From positions 1 through 25,636 of IMG/VR virus record IMGVR_UViG_3300044513_002746: 25,636 nucleotides of DNA; one strand, written 5' to 3'. The translations under genes were made by a program, and so were the position numbers. Source of the stretch: a virus (taxonomy: Duplodnaviria; Caudoviricetes). Numbering within the stretch: the stretch's first letter is position 1; every line of letters starts with the position of its first letter. A model generated the notes under the pieces. It was given only the letters and a program-made list of their open reading frames with translations. It was not told the DNA's origin and ran no database searches. Positions 16,501-24,433 of this stretch are shown here, one piece after another.

Positions 16501-19500
16501 TATAGGAATTTTGATTATGCAACTCAGATCAAATCCGTAAATGGATTTGCAAACTCTGATATGATTGATATTCGCCCAAGAGTTTCTGAATATACTGTAG
16601 CAGAAGGTGGTAGATCTCCACTGGAATTCCTTGGAAGAACATTTAATTCCGCAGGAAACTCTGCAACTAATTCTCTATCTTCTGATGAATCAATTCTTAC
16701 AACATTCTCTCATTATCTCGGTAGAATTGATAGAGTATTCTTAGATAAAAAAGGTAAGTTCCAAGTTGTATATGGAACTCCATCAGAACTTCCTCAGAGA
16801 CCAAACCCAATCGATGAAGCACTTGAAGTTGCTGAAATTACTCTTCCTCCATTCTTATACAATGTTAAGCAAGCATCTCTTAGATTCTTAGAACATAAGA
16901 GATTTAGAATGTCCGATATCAAGAAACTTGAAAATAGGATTTCAAGTCTTGAGTATTACACGTCTCTTTCTACTTTAGAAACCACAACTGCAAACATGTT
17001 TGTTGCAGATGCTGATGGTTTGAATAGATTTAAGTCTGGTTTCTTTGTCGATAATTTCACTGGATTTACGGCACAGGAAGATGGTCTCAGAATCAAAAAT
17101 AGTATTGATAGGGCACATAAAGAGTTAAGACCAAGACATTATACAAACTCAGTCGATCTTATCTTTGGTCCAGTCGTTAATACTGATCCAACAGCAGATC
17201 TTAACTTTGCTACTATTGAAGGTAACAATGTTAGAAAGGCAAATGATGTAATTACTCTCGATTATAGTGAAGTTGAATATATCAATCAACCATTTGCTAC
17301 CAGAACTGAAAGTGTTACTCCTTTCTTGATTAGTTTTTGGCAGGGAACGATGGAACTTACTCCTGCTTCTGATACTTGGGTAGACACTGTAAGACTTGAC
17401 GCAAAAATTATTGATGTGGAGGGTGACTATGTATCAACAGTTACTCTACTTGAGAGAACTGAAGGTCTTGACCCACAAACTGGTTTTGCTCCTATCGTTT
17501 GGAATGCATGGGAAACTAACTGGACTGGATTTGAATTTAATGATTCCACAGTAAGAAGAACAACAACTACTACTGGTGGTAGAAGAGGCGTTGGTGGTTG
17601 GATCAATGGTGGCAGTGGAATTGCAAGAATTGTTGAGACTACAACTACAACTACCGTAGAGGATACGTTAAGAGAAACGATTCAAACTGGAGTTGAATCA
17701 AGAACTGGTTTACAAACAGTTGTTACTGAACAGTTTGATAGAGAGTCTGTTGGAGACAGGACTGTGAGTAGAGACTTGATCGCAACTATGAGATCAAGAA
17801 ACATTGAGTTCGTTTCTAAGAGAATGAAACCACTGACTCAAATGTATGGTTTCTTTGATGGAGAAAATGTAACCAAGTATTGTGTACCCAAACTCCTTGA
17901 GATTGAAATGACATCTGGAACATTCCAGATTGGAGAAACTGTTGTTGGTAGAATGGTTGATACTGGTCTTGGTCCAGTTGAAAGAGGAAGAAGACCAAGA
18001 ATTACGTTTAGAGTTTCTCAATCTAACCATAGAGAAGGTGAATATAATGCACCTGATCAGGTGTTTAGAGAAAATCCTTATAATGGATCTCCTCTTCCTG
18101 CAGTATATTCTGCAACTTCAACTATTCTAAACGTTGATACATTCTCTCTATCCAATGAGGCACAGGGACAGTACAGTGGTTATATCGCAGAAGGGATGGT
18201 CCTTAGAGGAGCAACCAGTGGTGCAGAAGCAACTGTTACGAATGTAAGACTTATTTCCGATCTTGCAGCAAATCTGACTGGTAGTTTCTTCATCCCAAAT
18301 CCAAATATTCTCACTCACCCAAGATTTGAAACAGGAACTAAGGTCTTTACTCTGACTAATGATATTGATAATGATCCAAATGTAGCAACTACAATTGCTG
18401 AAGAAGGGTTCACAGCTTCAGGAACACTTGAAACTGTTCAAGAAAATATTATTTCAGTTAGAAATGCAAGAGTTGAGCAAAGACAGGAATTCCAAGAAAG
18501 AAATGTAAACAGAAATCTTGGAACCGAGGTTGTAGGATCTCAGGTAGTCAATCAAACTTCTAACGAAAATATTGTTGGATGGTATGACCCTCTTGCACAA
18601 TCTTTCTTAGTTGAAGAGGAAACTGGAGTATTCGTTACTAAGTGTGATGTTTATTTCAGAACAAAGGATGATAATGATGTTCCTTTGGTATTCCAACTCA
18701 GAACAATGGAGAATGGATTCCCAACTCAGAAGATTCTTCCTTTCTCTGAAATTGTTGTTGATCCTGCAGACATTGACACTTCTGATGATGGATCAGTTGC
18801 AACTACGATTGAGTTCAAGGCTCCTGTTTTCTTAGAGGGAGGAGCGGAGTATGCAATTGCTCTTGCATCTAACTCAACTAAGTATAGTGTTTATATTTCA
18901 AGAATTGGTGAGAATGATCTCCTTAGTGATACATTCATTTCCAACCAACCATATCTTGGATCTCTGTTCAAGTCTCAGAATGCATCGACTTGGGAAGCAA
19001 GTCAGTGGGAAGATCTCAAGTTCATTATGTACAGAGCGGACTTCCTTGATTCTGGAACCGTTGATTTCTACAGTCCAGAACTGACTGAAGGTAATAGGCA
19101 GATTCCAACTCTTGTACCTGATGCAATTGAATTGACTTCCAGAACAATTAGAGTTGGTCTTGGAAGCACAGTTGCAGACTCTGGATATCAACTTGGAAAT
19201 ACTTTCTTCCAACAGACAACTAATGCAACTGGAGATCTGGTGGGAACCGCAGGAACTGCTGTTGGTAACCTTACAATTTCAAACGCTGGTATTGGTCTGA
19301 CTCCAAATGATGGATCTCTTACTTTCACTGGAGTTAATCTTGTAACTTTGACTGGAAATGGTAGAGGTGCTCAGGCTGAGATCACTGTTAATGATGGAGT
19401 AATCGTTGCAAGTGGTGCAACAATTAGTAATGCTGGTGGTAATGGATATCAAGTTGGTGATGTTCTTGGAATTACAACGATTGGAAATGCGTCTGTTGGT

Positions 19501-21051
19501 AGAAACGTAAGACTAACAGTTGCTGGTATTGGGCAAACTAATGAACTTATTCTTGACAATGTTCAGGGTGAGTTCTCAGTTGGTGCTGCTAAGACTATGA
19601 TGTATATCAATAGTGCTGGAATTACCACAGAACTCAACTATGGTCTCCCTGGTGGAGAAGGTGGTGATATTCAGATTTCAACTATTAATGTTGATTCTGA
19701 TGGACTTCATATCAAGGTCAATCATCAGAATCATGGAATGTATTTCCCTGATAACAGAGTCATCATCTCTGGTGTTTCTCCTGACATTAAACCAACTAAA
19801 TTGAACGCATCTTACTCATCAGATTCAACTGGTGGACTTTCTGTGGATAGTGCTACTAACTTTACATCTTTTGAGAACGTTGGCGTTGGCACAACTAACA
19901 CTGGTTATCTCATGATTGGTGAAGAAATCATTGAATACACTTCAGTTACTGGCAATACTGTTGGTGGAAACATTGTAAGAGGATCTAATCCTGTTACTTA
20001 TCCAATTGGAACTCCAGTATTCAAGTATGAACTTGGTGGAGTTAACTTGAGGAGAATCAATAAGACTCATACGCTAAGTGAAGTTTCTATCGGAAACTCG
20101 ATTACTTATGATTCTTATAATGTCAAGTTGGACATGTCTGAGTTGTTTAACTCAGATAATGATGATAGAAGCAATGACGTTGGTTATCCAAAACTTTATG
20201 TTGGTGCAACTAAGTCTTCTGGTGGAACCAAGATCAAGGCAACTCAAAACATGCCATTTGAGATTATCACACCAATCGTTCAGAACGTAACCACAAGAGG
20301 AACATCTATTAGTGCAGAAGTAAGAACTGTTACTGGTAAGAGTATCAGTGGTAATGAGATTCCTTATGTTGACAATGGATTTGAACCTTTAGTAGTTAAT
20401 TCACCAAACTATCTTGATTCTACCAGAATGATCTATTCTAAGGTAAATGAAGATGAGAAATTGACTAACATTGAAGGATCTAAATCTCTTCAAATGAGAG
20501 TCAATATGGTAACAACCGATTCTCATATCTCACCGGTTCTTGATGGTCAAAGAGTTAGTACCATTCTTTCTTCCAACAGAGTAAATGATGTAATTTCCGA
20601 TGTTGCAACAGATTCGAGAGTAAATGGAGTTTTTGATGATCCAACAGCTTGTCAGTATATTTCTAAAGAAATCAAACTGACAAATCCTGCAACCTCATTG
20701 AAAATTATTCTTGATGCTCATATCAATGATTATTCAGGAATTAAAGCATTCTATGCCATAAGCAATAAAGATGGATTTAATCCTATCTTTGTTCCATTCC
20801 CTGGATATGGAAATATCAATTCCAGAGGTCAAATTATTGACGTTGCCAATAACAATGGAGATCCAGATGTATTTGTAGGTAAGACTCCTACATTTGGATT
20901 TGACAGTGGATCTATTGAGTTTAAAGAACATACATTTAGCGTTGATCAATTACCAACATTTAGATCTTATAGAATTAAGATTCTACTTACAGGAAAGAAT
21001 CAAACTTATGTTCCAAGAGTGAGGGACCTTAGAGTTCTCGCATTATCATGA
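13510..21051 (+). CDS. VrlC-like / DUF4815-domain large virion structural protein (2513 aa)
   Basis: N-terminus TNLNVAPYFDDFD...RVLFKPGYPVQARELTTLQSILQNQ, APGADRLKI, LENRISSLEYYTSLS, RFKSGFFVDNF, DPLAQSF, GSLFKSQNASTW...EDLKF, and C-terminal PRVRDLRVLAL. This protein is commonly found after gp8 in cyanomyoviruses. Confidence 0.85.
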   Translation: MSQQTNLNVAPYFDDFDSANDFHRVLFKPGYPVQARELTTLQSILQNQIEKFGQHFFKEGAKVIPGNTGYTQLYYGVQLQNTYLGVPVAAYAEQLVGTKITGETSGVSAVVDKVLFPEDSERGNLTLYINYLNSSTTNNSTQVFSDGENLTCNEIIASGLLGNSTIAAGSPFATTIGNEASVTGSAFQIQEGIYFIRGNFVNVSTETLILDQYGDAPNYRIGLFVREEIVNADADETLNDNSQGFNNYSAPGADRLKISVSLFKKSLTDYDDNQFVELAIIEDGNIKTKVDRGDLGGGPKYLDIRDILAKRTYAESGDYYVKAFDLSVHESLNNGRGNRGVFNVGQLTYSGQIPTNDLALYKFSPGRAFVRGYDIDVASTTFIDVPKPRTTKTIEDQSIIYNTGPTLRVNRTLRAPDIGIGNTYVLSLRDRRVGVTSDTSPVGREIGVARVYDYRLESGSYNTNNSSLNEWDISLYDVQTVTHLSLNQSTTLSVPTFIKGSNSGATGFLKDAVTVGTALTVYEVEGDFIQNESLIFDGVPNGRIAIAVTAHTLADVKSVYATNDGNTGINTFNADVIQSPSIIVGVSTITAASGGVSTVRSSNNAFPSAFSVGDLVEYTNSSATLTDPTMSRVTSVGTNSIAVEAVAPVPGVVAGALPTESINVSDFRLVTTKLDPSSDNTLYTLLPKTDIATVDLSDASLIIRKTFSVDITSNQLSSQITAAANESFLPFDEERYALIRSDGTTEALSSDKIEINTAGTGLNIYGLGSNDTGATLIASLRKVKPTSKIKIKNRVKTLIVDKSNIQASGIGSTTLNDGLDYGNGNYPYGTRVQDHTISLNVPDVIEIHGVFESADTDNATAPKISLSDINSTSTTTAELLVGESFIGETTGAEAIVAEKLTSSQISFIYKSDIQFAEGETVTFQETVIQGIVSSLNSDSFDISGNFKFRTGQEETFYDHARLERKEGSIAPAKKLKVYYLSASYESTDNGDITTVESYRNFDYATQIKSVNGFANSDMIDIRPRVSEYTVAEGGRSPLEFLGRTFNSAGNSATNSLSSDESILTTFSHYLGRIDRVFLDKKGKFQVVYGTPSELPQRPNPIDEALEVAEITLPPFLYNVKQASLRFLEHKRFRMSDIKKLENRISSLEYYTSLSTLETTTANMFVADADGLNRFKSGFFVDNFTGFTAQEDGLRIKNSIDRAHKELRPRHYTNSVDLIFGPVVNTDPTADLNFATIEGNNVRKANDVITLDYSEVEYINQPFATRTESVTPFLISFWQGTMELTPASDTWVDTVRLDAKIIDVEGDYVSTVTLLERTEGLDPQTGFAPIVWNAWETNWTGFEFNDSTVRRTTTTTGGRRGVGGWINGGSGIARIVETTTTTTVEDTLRETIQTGVESRTGLQTVVTEQFDRESVGDRTVSRDLIATMRSRNIEFVSKRMKPLTQMYGFFDGENVTKYCVPKLLEIEMTSGTFQIGETVVGRMVDTGLGPVERGRRPRITFRVSQSNHREGEYNAPDQVFRENPYNGSPLPAVYSATSTILNVDTFSLSNEAQGQYSGYIAEGMVLRGATSGAEATVTNVRLISDLAANLTGSFFIPNPNILTHPRFETGTKVFTLTNDIDNDPNVATTIAEEGFTASGTLETVQENIISVRNARVEQRQEFQERNVNRNLGTEVVGSQVVNQTSNENIVGWYDPLAQSFLVEEETGVFVTKCDVYFRTKDDNDVPLVFQLRTMENGFPTQKILPFSEIVVDPADIDTSDDGSVATTIEFKAPVFLEGGAEYAIALASNSTKYSVYISRIGENDLLSDTFISNQPYLGSLFKSQNASTWEASQWEDLKFIMYRADFLDSGTVDFYSPELTEGNRQIPTLVPDAIELTSRTIRVGLGSTVADSGYQLGNTFFQQTTNATGDLVGTAGTAVGNLTISNAGIGLTPNDGSLTFTGVNLVTLTGNGRGAQAEITVNDGVIVASGATISNAGGNGYQVGDVLGITTIGNASVGRNVRLTVAGIGQTNELILDNVQGEFSVGAAKTMMYINSAGITTELNYGLPGGEGGDIQISTINVDSDGLHIKVNHQNHGMYFPDNRVIISGVSPDIKPTKLNASYSSDSTGGLSVDSATNFTSFENVGVGTTNTGYLMIGEEIIEYTSVTGNTVGGNIVRGSNPVTYPIGTPVFKYELGGVNLRRINKTHTLSEVSIGNSITYDSYNVKLDMSELFNSDNDDRSNDVGYPKLYVGATKSSGGTKIKATQNMPFEIITPIVQNVTTRGTSISAEVRTVTGKSISGNEIPYVDNGFEPLVVNSPNYLDSTRMIYSKVNEDEKLTNIEGSKSLQMRVNMVTTDSHISPVLDGQRVSTILSSNRVNDVISDVATDSRVNGVFDDPTACQYISKEIKLTNPATSLKIILDAHINDYSGIKAFYAISNKDGFNPIFVPFPGYGNINSRGQIIDVANNNGDPDVFVGKTPTFGFDSGSIEFKEHTFSVDQLPTFRSYRIKILLTGKNQTYVPRVRDLRVLALS

Positions 21052-21272
21052 TGTATAAAGTAAAAGATCATGCGGATCTCAGAAGGGATCCGCATACAGG
21101 AGCAATAATTAATATGAATTCTTTAGATCATGAAAAATATGTTGCAAGACGTGAAGTAAATAATAAAGAGCATCAAAAAGTACAAACAATTGAGGGTGAA
21201 GTTGCTAACATAAAAGATGACATTAACGAAATTAAATTACTATTAAAGGAGTTAATCAATGGATCCAAATGA
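21048..21272 (+). CDS. Small phage hypothetical protein (74 aa) with a predicted C-terminal coiled coil
   Basis: ATGA overlap with the VrlC-like stop. KVKDHADLRRDPHTGAIIN motif recalled from cyanophage ORFs following VrlC. Heptad pattern VQTIEGEVANIKDDINEIKLLLKELI. Confidence 0.8.
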   Translation: MMYKVKDHADLRRDPHTGAIINMNSLDHEKYVARREVNNKEHQKVQTIEGEVANIKDDINEIKLLLKELINGSK

Positions 21273-21441
21273 TATAACATTAGATAATCTAACTAAAAGT
21301 TTTGAATACACTAAATTAGCAGGAGAAATAGATAGTTGTGATGATGTTGAGCGAATTAAAAATATTGCTAAGTGTTTTTGCAAACTTTATTATAAACAAC
21401 AGGAAACAATGTCAGCAATAGGTATTCCAAATGGCAACTAA
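21259..21441 (+). CDS. Small helical hypothetical protein (60 aa), candidate NblA-like phycobilisome degradation adaptor
   Basis: Strong SD AAGGAG at 21246-21251, 7 nt before the ATG. Overlaps both neighbours. Helix-loop-helix pattern ITLDNLTKSFEYTKLAGEIDSCDDVERIKNIAKCFCKLYYKQQETM. The CDS itself is well supported; the NblA assignment is tentative. Confidence 0.6.
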   Translation: MDPNDITLDNLTKSFEYTKLAGEIDSCDDVERIKNIAKCFCKLYYKQQETMSAIGIPNGN

Positions 21442-21829
21442 AAACGTAACCTTTGATCCTGATTCTGGTGTACCAAAAGGTGTAAATCTAACCATGTACG
21501 GTGGTTCAGATTTTGAAGCTAATTTTGTTGTTAATACAACATCAAATGCTGCGTTTGATTTAACAAATTATAGTGGATCTGCTGCCATGTCTAAGAGTGT
21601 GGCAGTTGGAGCTACTCTTGGTATCACATCATCATTCACTGTTGGATTTACCAGTGCGTATGATGGAAAGTTGAAAATATCCTTAGGTGCTGTCAATACA
21701 AGAGCAACATCAGAAGGCAGATATGTTTATGATGTTTTACTTAAACATGAAGTTGGTGGAGGATCAACTGTGCATCCTTTAATATCTGGTAATATATTAG
21801 TTGTTAATCCTGTTTCATCAGCACCATAA
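21431..21829 (+). CDS. Putative virion structural protein, beta-sandwich/BppU-N-like family (132 aa)
   Basis: NLTMYGGSDFEANF...FDLTNYSGSAAMSKS...FTVGFTSAYDGKLKISL...EGRYVYDVLL...LISGNILV fits the NLxIxxGxDF...DLTGY...GRYVYDV pattern of small cyanophage structural proteins. Confidence 0.7.
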   Translation: MATKNVTFDPDSGVPKGVNLTMYGGSDFEANFVVNTTSNAAFDLTNYSGSAAMSKSVAVGATLGITSSFTVGFTSAYDGKLKISLGAVNTRATSEGRYVYDVLLKHEVGGGSTVHPLISGNILVVNPVSSAP

Positions 21830-21832
21830 ATA
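21825..21832 (+). promoter_or_regulatory. T4-type late promoter motif (CATAAATA) upstream of gp13
   Basis: Contains the TAA stop of the 132-aa ORF. Followed by the SD-like GAGGA (21838-21842) and the gp13 ATG at 21855. Confidence 0.7.
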
Positions 21833-21854
21833 TAGTTGAGGAATTAGTGTATAC

Positions 21855-22700
21855 ATGGCTCAACCAGCAAGTAGGTCGGACCTAATAAACTATTGTAAAA
21901 GACAACTGGGGGCACCAGTTTTAGAAATCAACGTTGCTGAAGAGCAGATTGATGATCTAATAGATGATGCATTGCAATATTTTCATGAAAGACACTTTGA
22001 CGGTGTAACTCAGACGCTTTTAAAGTACAAGATAACAGAGGCAGATATTAATAGAGGAAGATCAAGAGGTAATAATCAGACAGTTGGAATCGTAACCACA
22101 ACTGCTGATTCTACAATTGATGGATCTACGGTAACCTTCTCATTTGAAGAAAATAGTAATTATCTTCAGATTCCTCCAGAAGTTATTGGGATAACAAAGA
22201 TCTTTAAATATGATGGTTCACAAACAGTGTCTAACAACATGTTTAGTGTGAAGTATCAAATGTTCTTGAATGATATTTACTATTACGGTTCCACTGAACT
22301 GTTGACATATTCAATGACAAAGAGATATTTGGAGGATATGGATTTTCTTCTGAATACTCAGAAGCAAATAAGATTTAATCAGAGACAAAATAGATTATAT
22401 CTTGATGTTGATTGGGGAAGTGTCACAAAAGATAATTACCTAATCATTGACTGCTACAGATTACTAAATCCAAATGATTTTACAAAAGTTTGGAATGACT
22501 CTTTCTTGAAGAGATATGTTACCCAATTGATCAAACGTCAATGGGGACAAAACCTTATGAAGTTCCAGGGAGTAAAACTTCCAGGTGGAGTTGAACTTAA
22601 CGGTAGACAGATTTACGATGATGCACAGAAAGAACTTGATGTAATCAGGGAGGTAATGTCCAACACTTACGAACTTCCTCCCTTAGATATGATCGGTTAA
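21855..22700 (+). CDS. gp13: Neck protein gp13 (head-tail adaptor)
   Basis: SRSDLINYCKRQLGAPVLEINVAEEQIDDLIDDALQYFHERHFDG and KRQWGQNLMKFQGVKLPGGVELNGRQIYDDA, hallmark gp13 motifs. Confidence 0.95.
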   Translation: MAQPASRSDLINYCKRQLGAPVLEINVAEEQIDDLIDDALQYFHERHFDGVTQTLLKYKITEADINRGRSRGNNQTVGIVTTTADSTIDGSTVTFSFEENSNYLQIPPEVIGITKIFKYDGSQTVSNNMFSVKYQMFLNDIYYYGSTELLTYSMTKRYLEDMDFLLNTQKQIRFNQRQNRLYLDVDWGSVTKDNYLIIDCYRLLNPNDFTKVWNDSFLKRYVTQLIKRQWGQNLMKFQGVKLPGGVELNGRQIYDDAQKELDVIREVMSNTYELPPLDMIG

Positions 22701-22704
22701 AATT

Positions 22705-24393
22705 ATGCTGAATCCGTATTTTCAACAAGGATCAAGGTCTGAGCAAAATTTGGTTCAAGATCTAATCAACGAACAGTTGAGGATGTATGGTGTCGAAATA
22801 CACTATCTCCCAAGGAAGTATTTGTCTGAAAATACTATTATTAGAGAGGTAATACAATCTAAGTTTGACGATGCATATCCAATTGAGGCGTATGTAGACA
22901 ATTTTGATGGATATGGAGATAATACAACAATACTTTCAAAGTTTGGTATTCAAGCAACGAATGAAATAACTTTGATTATTTCAAAGGAAAGATTTGAGAC
23001 ATATATTTCTCCTTTGATTAAGAATGAACAGGATATTAAATTATCAACCAGACCAAAAGAAGGAGATCTAATTTATTTTCCTCTTGGAGATCGTCTATTT
23101 GAAATTAAATTTGTAGAGCATGAAAAACCATTTTATCAGTTACAAAAAAACTATGTTTATGAACTGAGATGCGAACTCTTCCGTCTTGGTGATGAAGTTA
23201 TTGATACTGGCATTGATGAGATTGATGACACTCTTACTGGTGGAGAGTCTGATGGACTTACTGAAGATGGAATCTCTACTCTGATAGGAGTATCTCAAAC
23301 TCTAACTTTAGTTGGAACTGGAGTCACCGCTACTGCAGTAACAGGTATCGTTACTTCTGGTGGTCTCAGGTTGATCACAGTCACTAATAGAGGTGGAGGA
23401 TATACAGGAGTACCAAGAATTGGAATATCTTCTGCACCAGCTGGTGGAGTTACTGGTATAGCCTCTGCTCGAATGATCGGAGGAATTGTTGTATGTAATC
23501 AAAGTGCTAATCCAAAATCAAGATCTGTTCAAGCAGTTGATATTGTAAATCCTGGTGCAGGATATACTGTAGCACCCGGTGTTAGATTTATTGGTGGTGG
23601 TGGAGCAGGTGCTGCAGCTACAACCAAGATTGGTGATGGTGTTGTTGGAGTCGTTACTCTTACAGATGCTGGTTCTGGATATACAACCTCACCAACGATT
23701 ACCATTGATGTCCCTGGTGGAGCTGTAGCAACAGCAGCAACAACAGGAGTTGGTGGTACAATCTCTCTTACTATCACAAATGCGGGTATTTTCTATAGCA
23801 CTGCACCAACAGTTACTATTAGTGGACCAATAGGAGTAGGTACAACTGCAACAGCGACGGCGACAATTGGAACCGCAGGAACTATTACTGCTTTGAATTT
23901 GACTAACGTTGGAAGTGGATATACAACGAATTCAACCGTCACTATCTCCAACCTTATTAGCGAAAAAGATTCTACTAAGGTAGTTTCTGCTGCTGCAACC
24001 GCTATTATAGGTTCTGGAGGAACTCTTACATCTATTAGACTTATTAACGCTGGTCTTGGATACAGCACCGCACCTACAATTACTGTCTCTGATCCAAATA
24101 TGAGTTCTTCTGGAGATTTTGTGTTTAATGAAATTGTCACCGGATCTGTCAGTGGAACAACTGGTAGAGTTAGAGCTTGGAACTCCTCTACAAATATTCT
24201 TGAAGTTGGTAATGTTAGCGGAGAGTTTACTATTACAGAAAATATTGTTGGTTCAACATCAGGTGCAACACATGGATTGTTGTCGGCAAGTTTAGATCCT
24301 ACCGACGATGGATTTGCGGACAATATTAATATTGAAATAGAAGCAGATTCTATATTAGACTTCTCCGAGCAGAACCCATTCGGTATTCCCTAA
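22705..24393 (+). CDS. gp14: Neck protein gp14 (head closure) with a large repeat insertion
   Basis: LNPYF...EQNLVQDLINEQLRMYG, LSKFGIQ, RPKEGDLIYFPL...LFEIKFVEHEKPFYQLQKNYVYELRCELF, and C-terminal ADSILDFSEQNPFG. Confidence 0.93.
   Translation: MLNPYFQQGSRSEQNLVQDLINEQLRMYGVEIHYLPRKYLSENTIIREVIQSKFDDAYPIEAYVDNFDGYGDNTTILSKFGIQATNEITLIISKERFETYISPLIKNEQDIKLSTRPKEGDLIYFPLGDRLFEIKFVEHEKPFYQLQKNYVYELRCELFRLGDEVIDTGIDEIDDTLTGGESDGLTEDGISTLIGVSQTLTLVGTGVTATAVTGIVTSGGLRLITVTNRGGGYTGVPRIGISSAPAGGVTGIASARMIGGIVVCNQSANPKSRSVQAVDIVNPGAGYTVAPGVRFIGGGGAGAAATTKIGDGVVGVVTLTDAGSGYTTSPTITIDVPGGAVATAATTGVGGTISLTITNAGIFYSTAPTVTISGPIGVGTTATATATIGTAGTITALNLTNVGSGYTTNSTVTISNLISEKDSTKVVSAAATAIIGSGGTLTSIRLINAGLGYSTAPTITVSDPNMSSSGDFVFNEIVTGSVSGTTGRVRAWNSSTNILEVGNVSGEFTITENIVGSTSGATHGLLSASLDPTDDGFADNINIEIEADSILDFSEQNPFGIP
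23362..24096 (+). repeat. Six tandem ~40-aa G/T/A-rich repeats (I/L-T-N-x-G-x-G-Y-T-x-x-P-T-V-T-I) in gp14
   Basis: TNRGGGYTGVP, VNPGAGYTVAP, TDAGSGYTTSP, TNAGIFYSTAP, TNVGSGYTTNS, INAGLGYSTAP. Confidence 0.85.
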
Positions 24394-24427
24394 ATAATCT
24401 TTATTATACCGAATAATATCTTAGGGA
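24378..24427 (+). promoter_or_regulatory. Overlapping inverted repeats that could sequester the gp15 ribosome-binding site
   Basis: ATTCGGTAT(24378-86)/ATACCGAAT(24406-14); TCCCTAA(24387-93)/TTAGGGA(24421-27, containing SD-like AGGGA); TATTAT(24402-07)/ATAATA(24413-18). Confidence 0.5.
24390..24396 (+). promoter_or_regulatory. Late promoter-like motif (CTAAATA) upstream of gp15
   Basis: TAAATA core includes the gp14 stop and lies ~40 nt before the gp15 ATG. Confidence 0.55.
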
Positions 24428-24433
24428 TTCAAA

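Noticed and set aside
13510-21051. Reading the VrlC-like gene as a bacterial virulence factor or the region as a contractile injection system
   Set aside because: The name is historical. Neck (gp13/gp14) and terminase (gp16) genes show this is a DNA-packaging phage, and the protein is best read as structural.
23529-24323. 82-aa and 176-aa minus-strand ORFs opposite gp14
   Set aside because: Antisense mirrors of the G/T/A-rich repeats with no independent evidence of coding.
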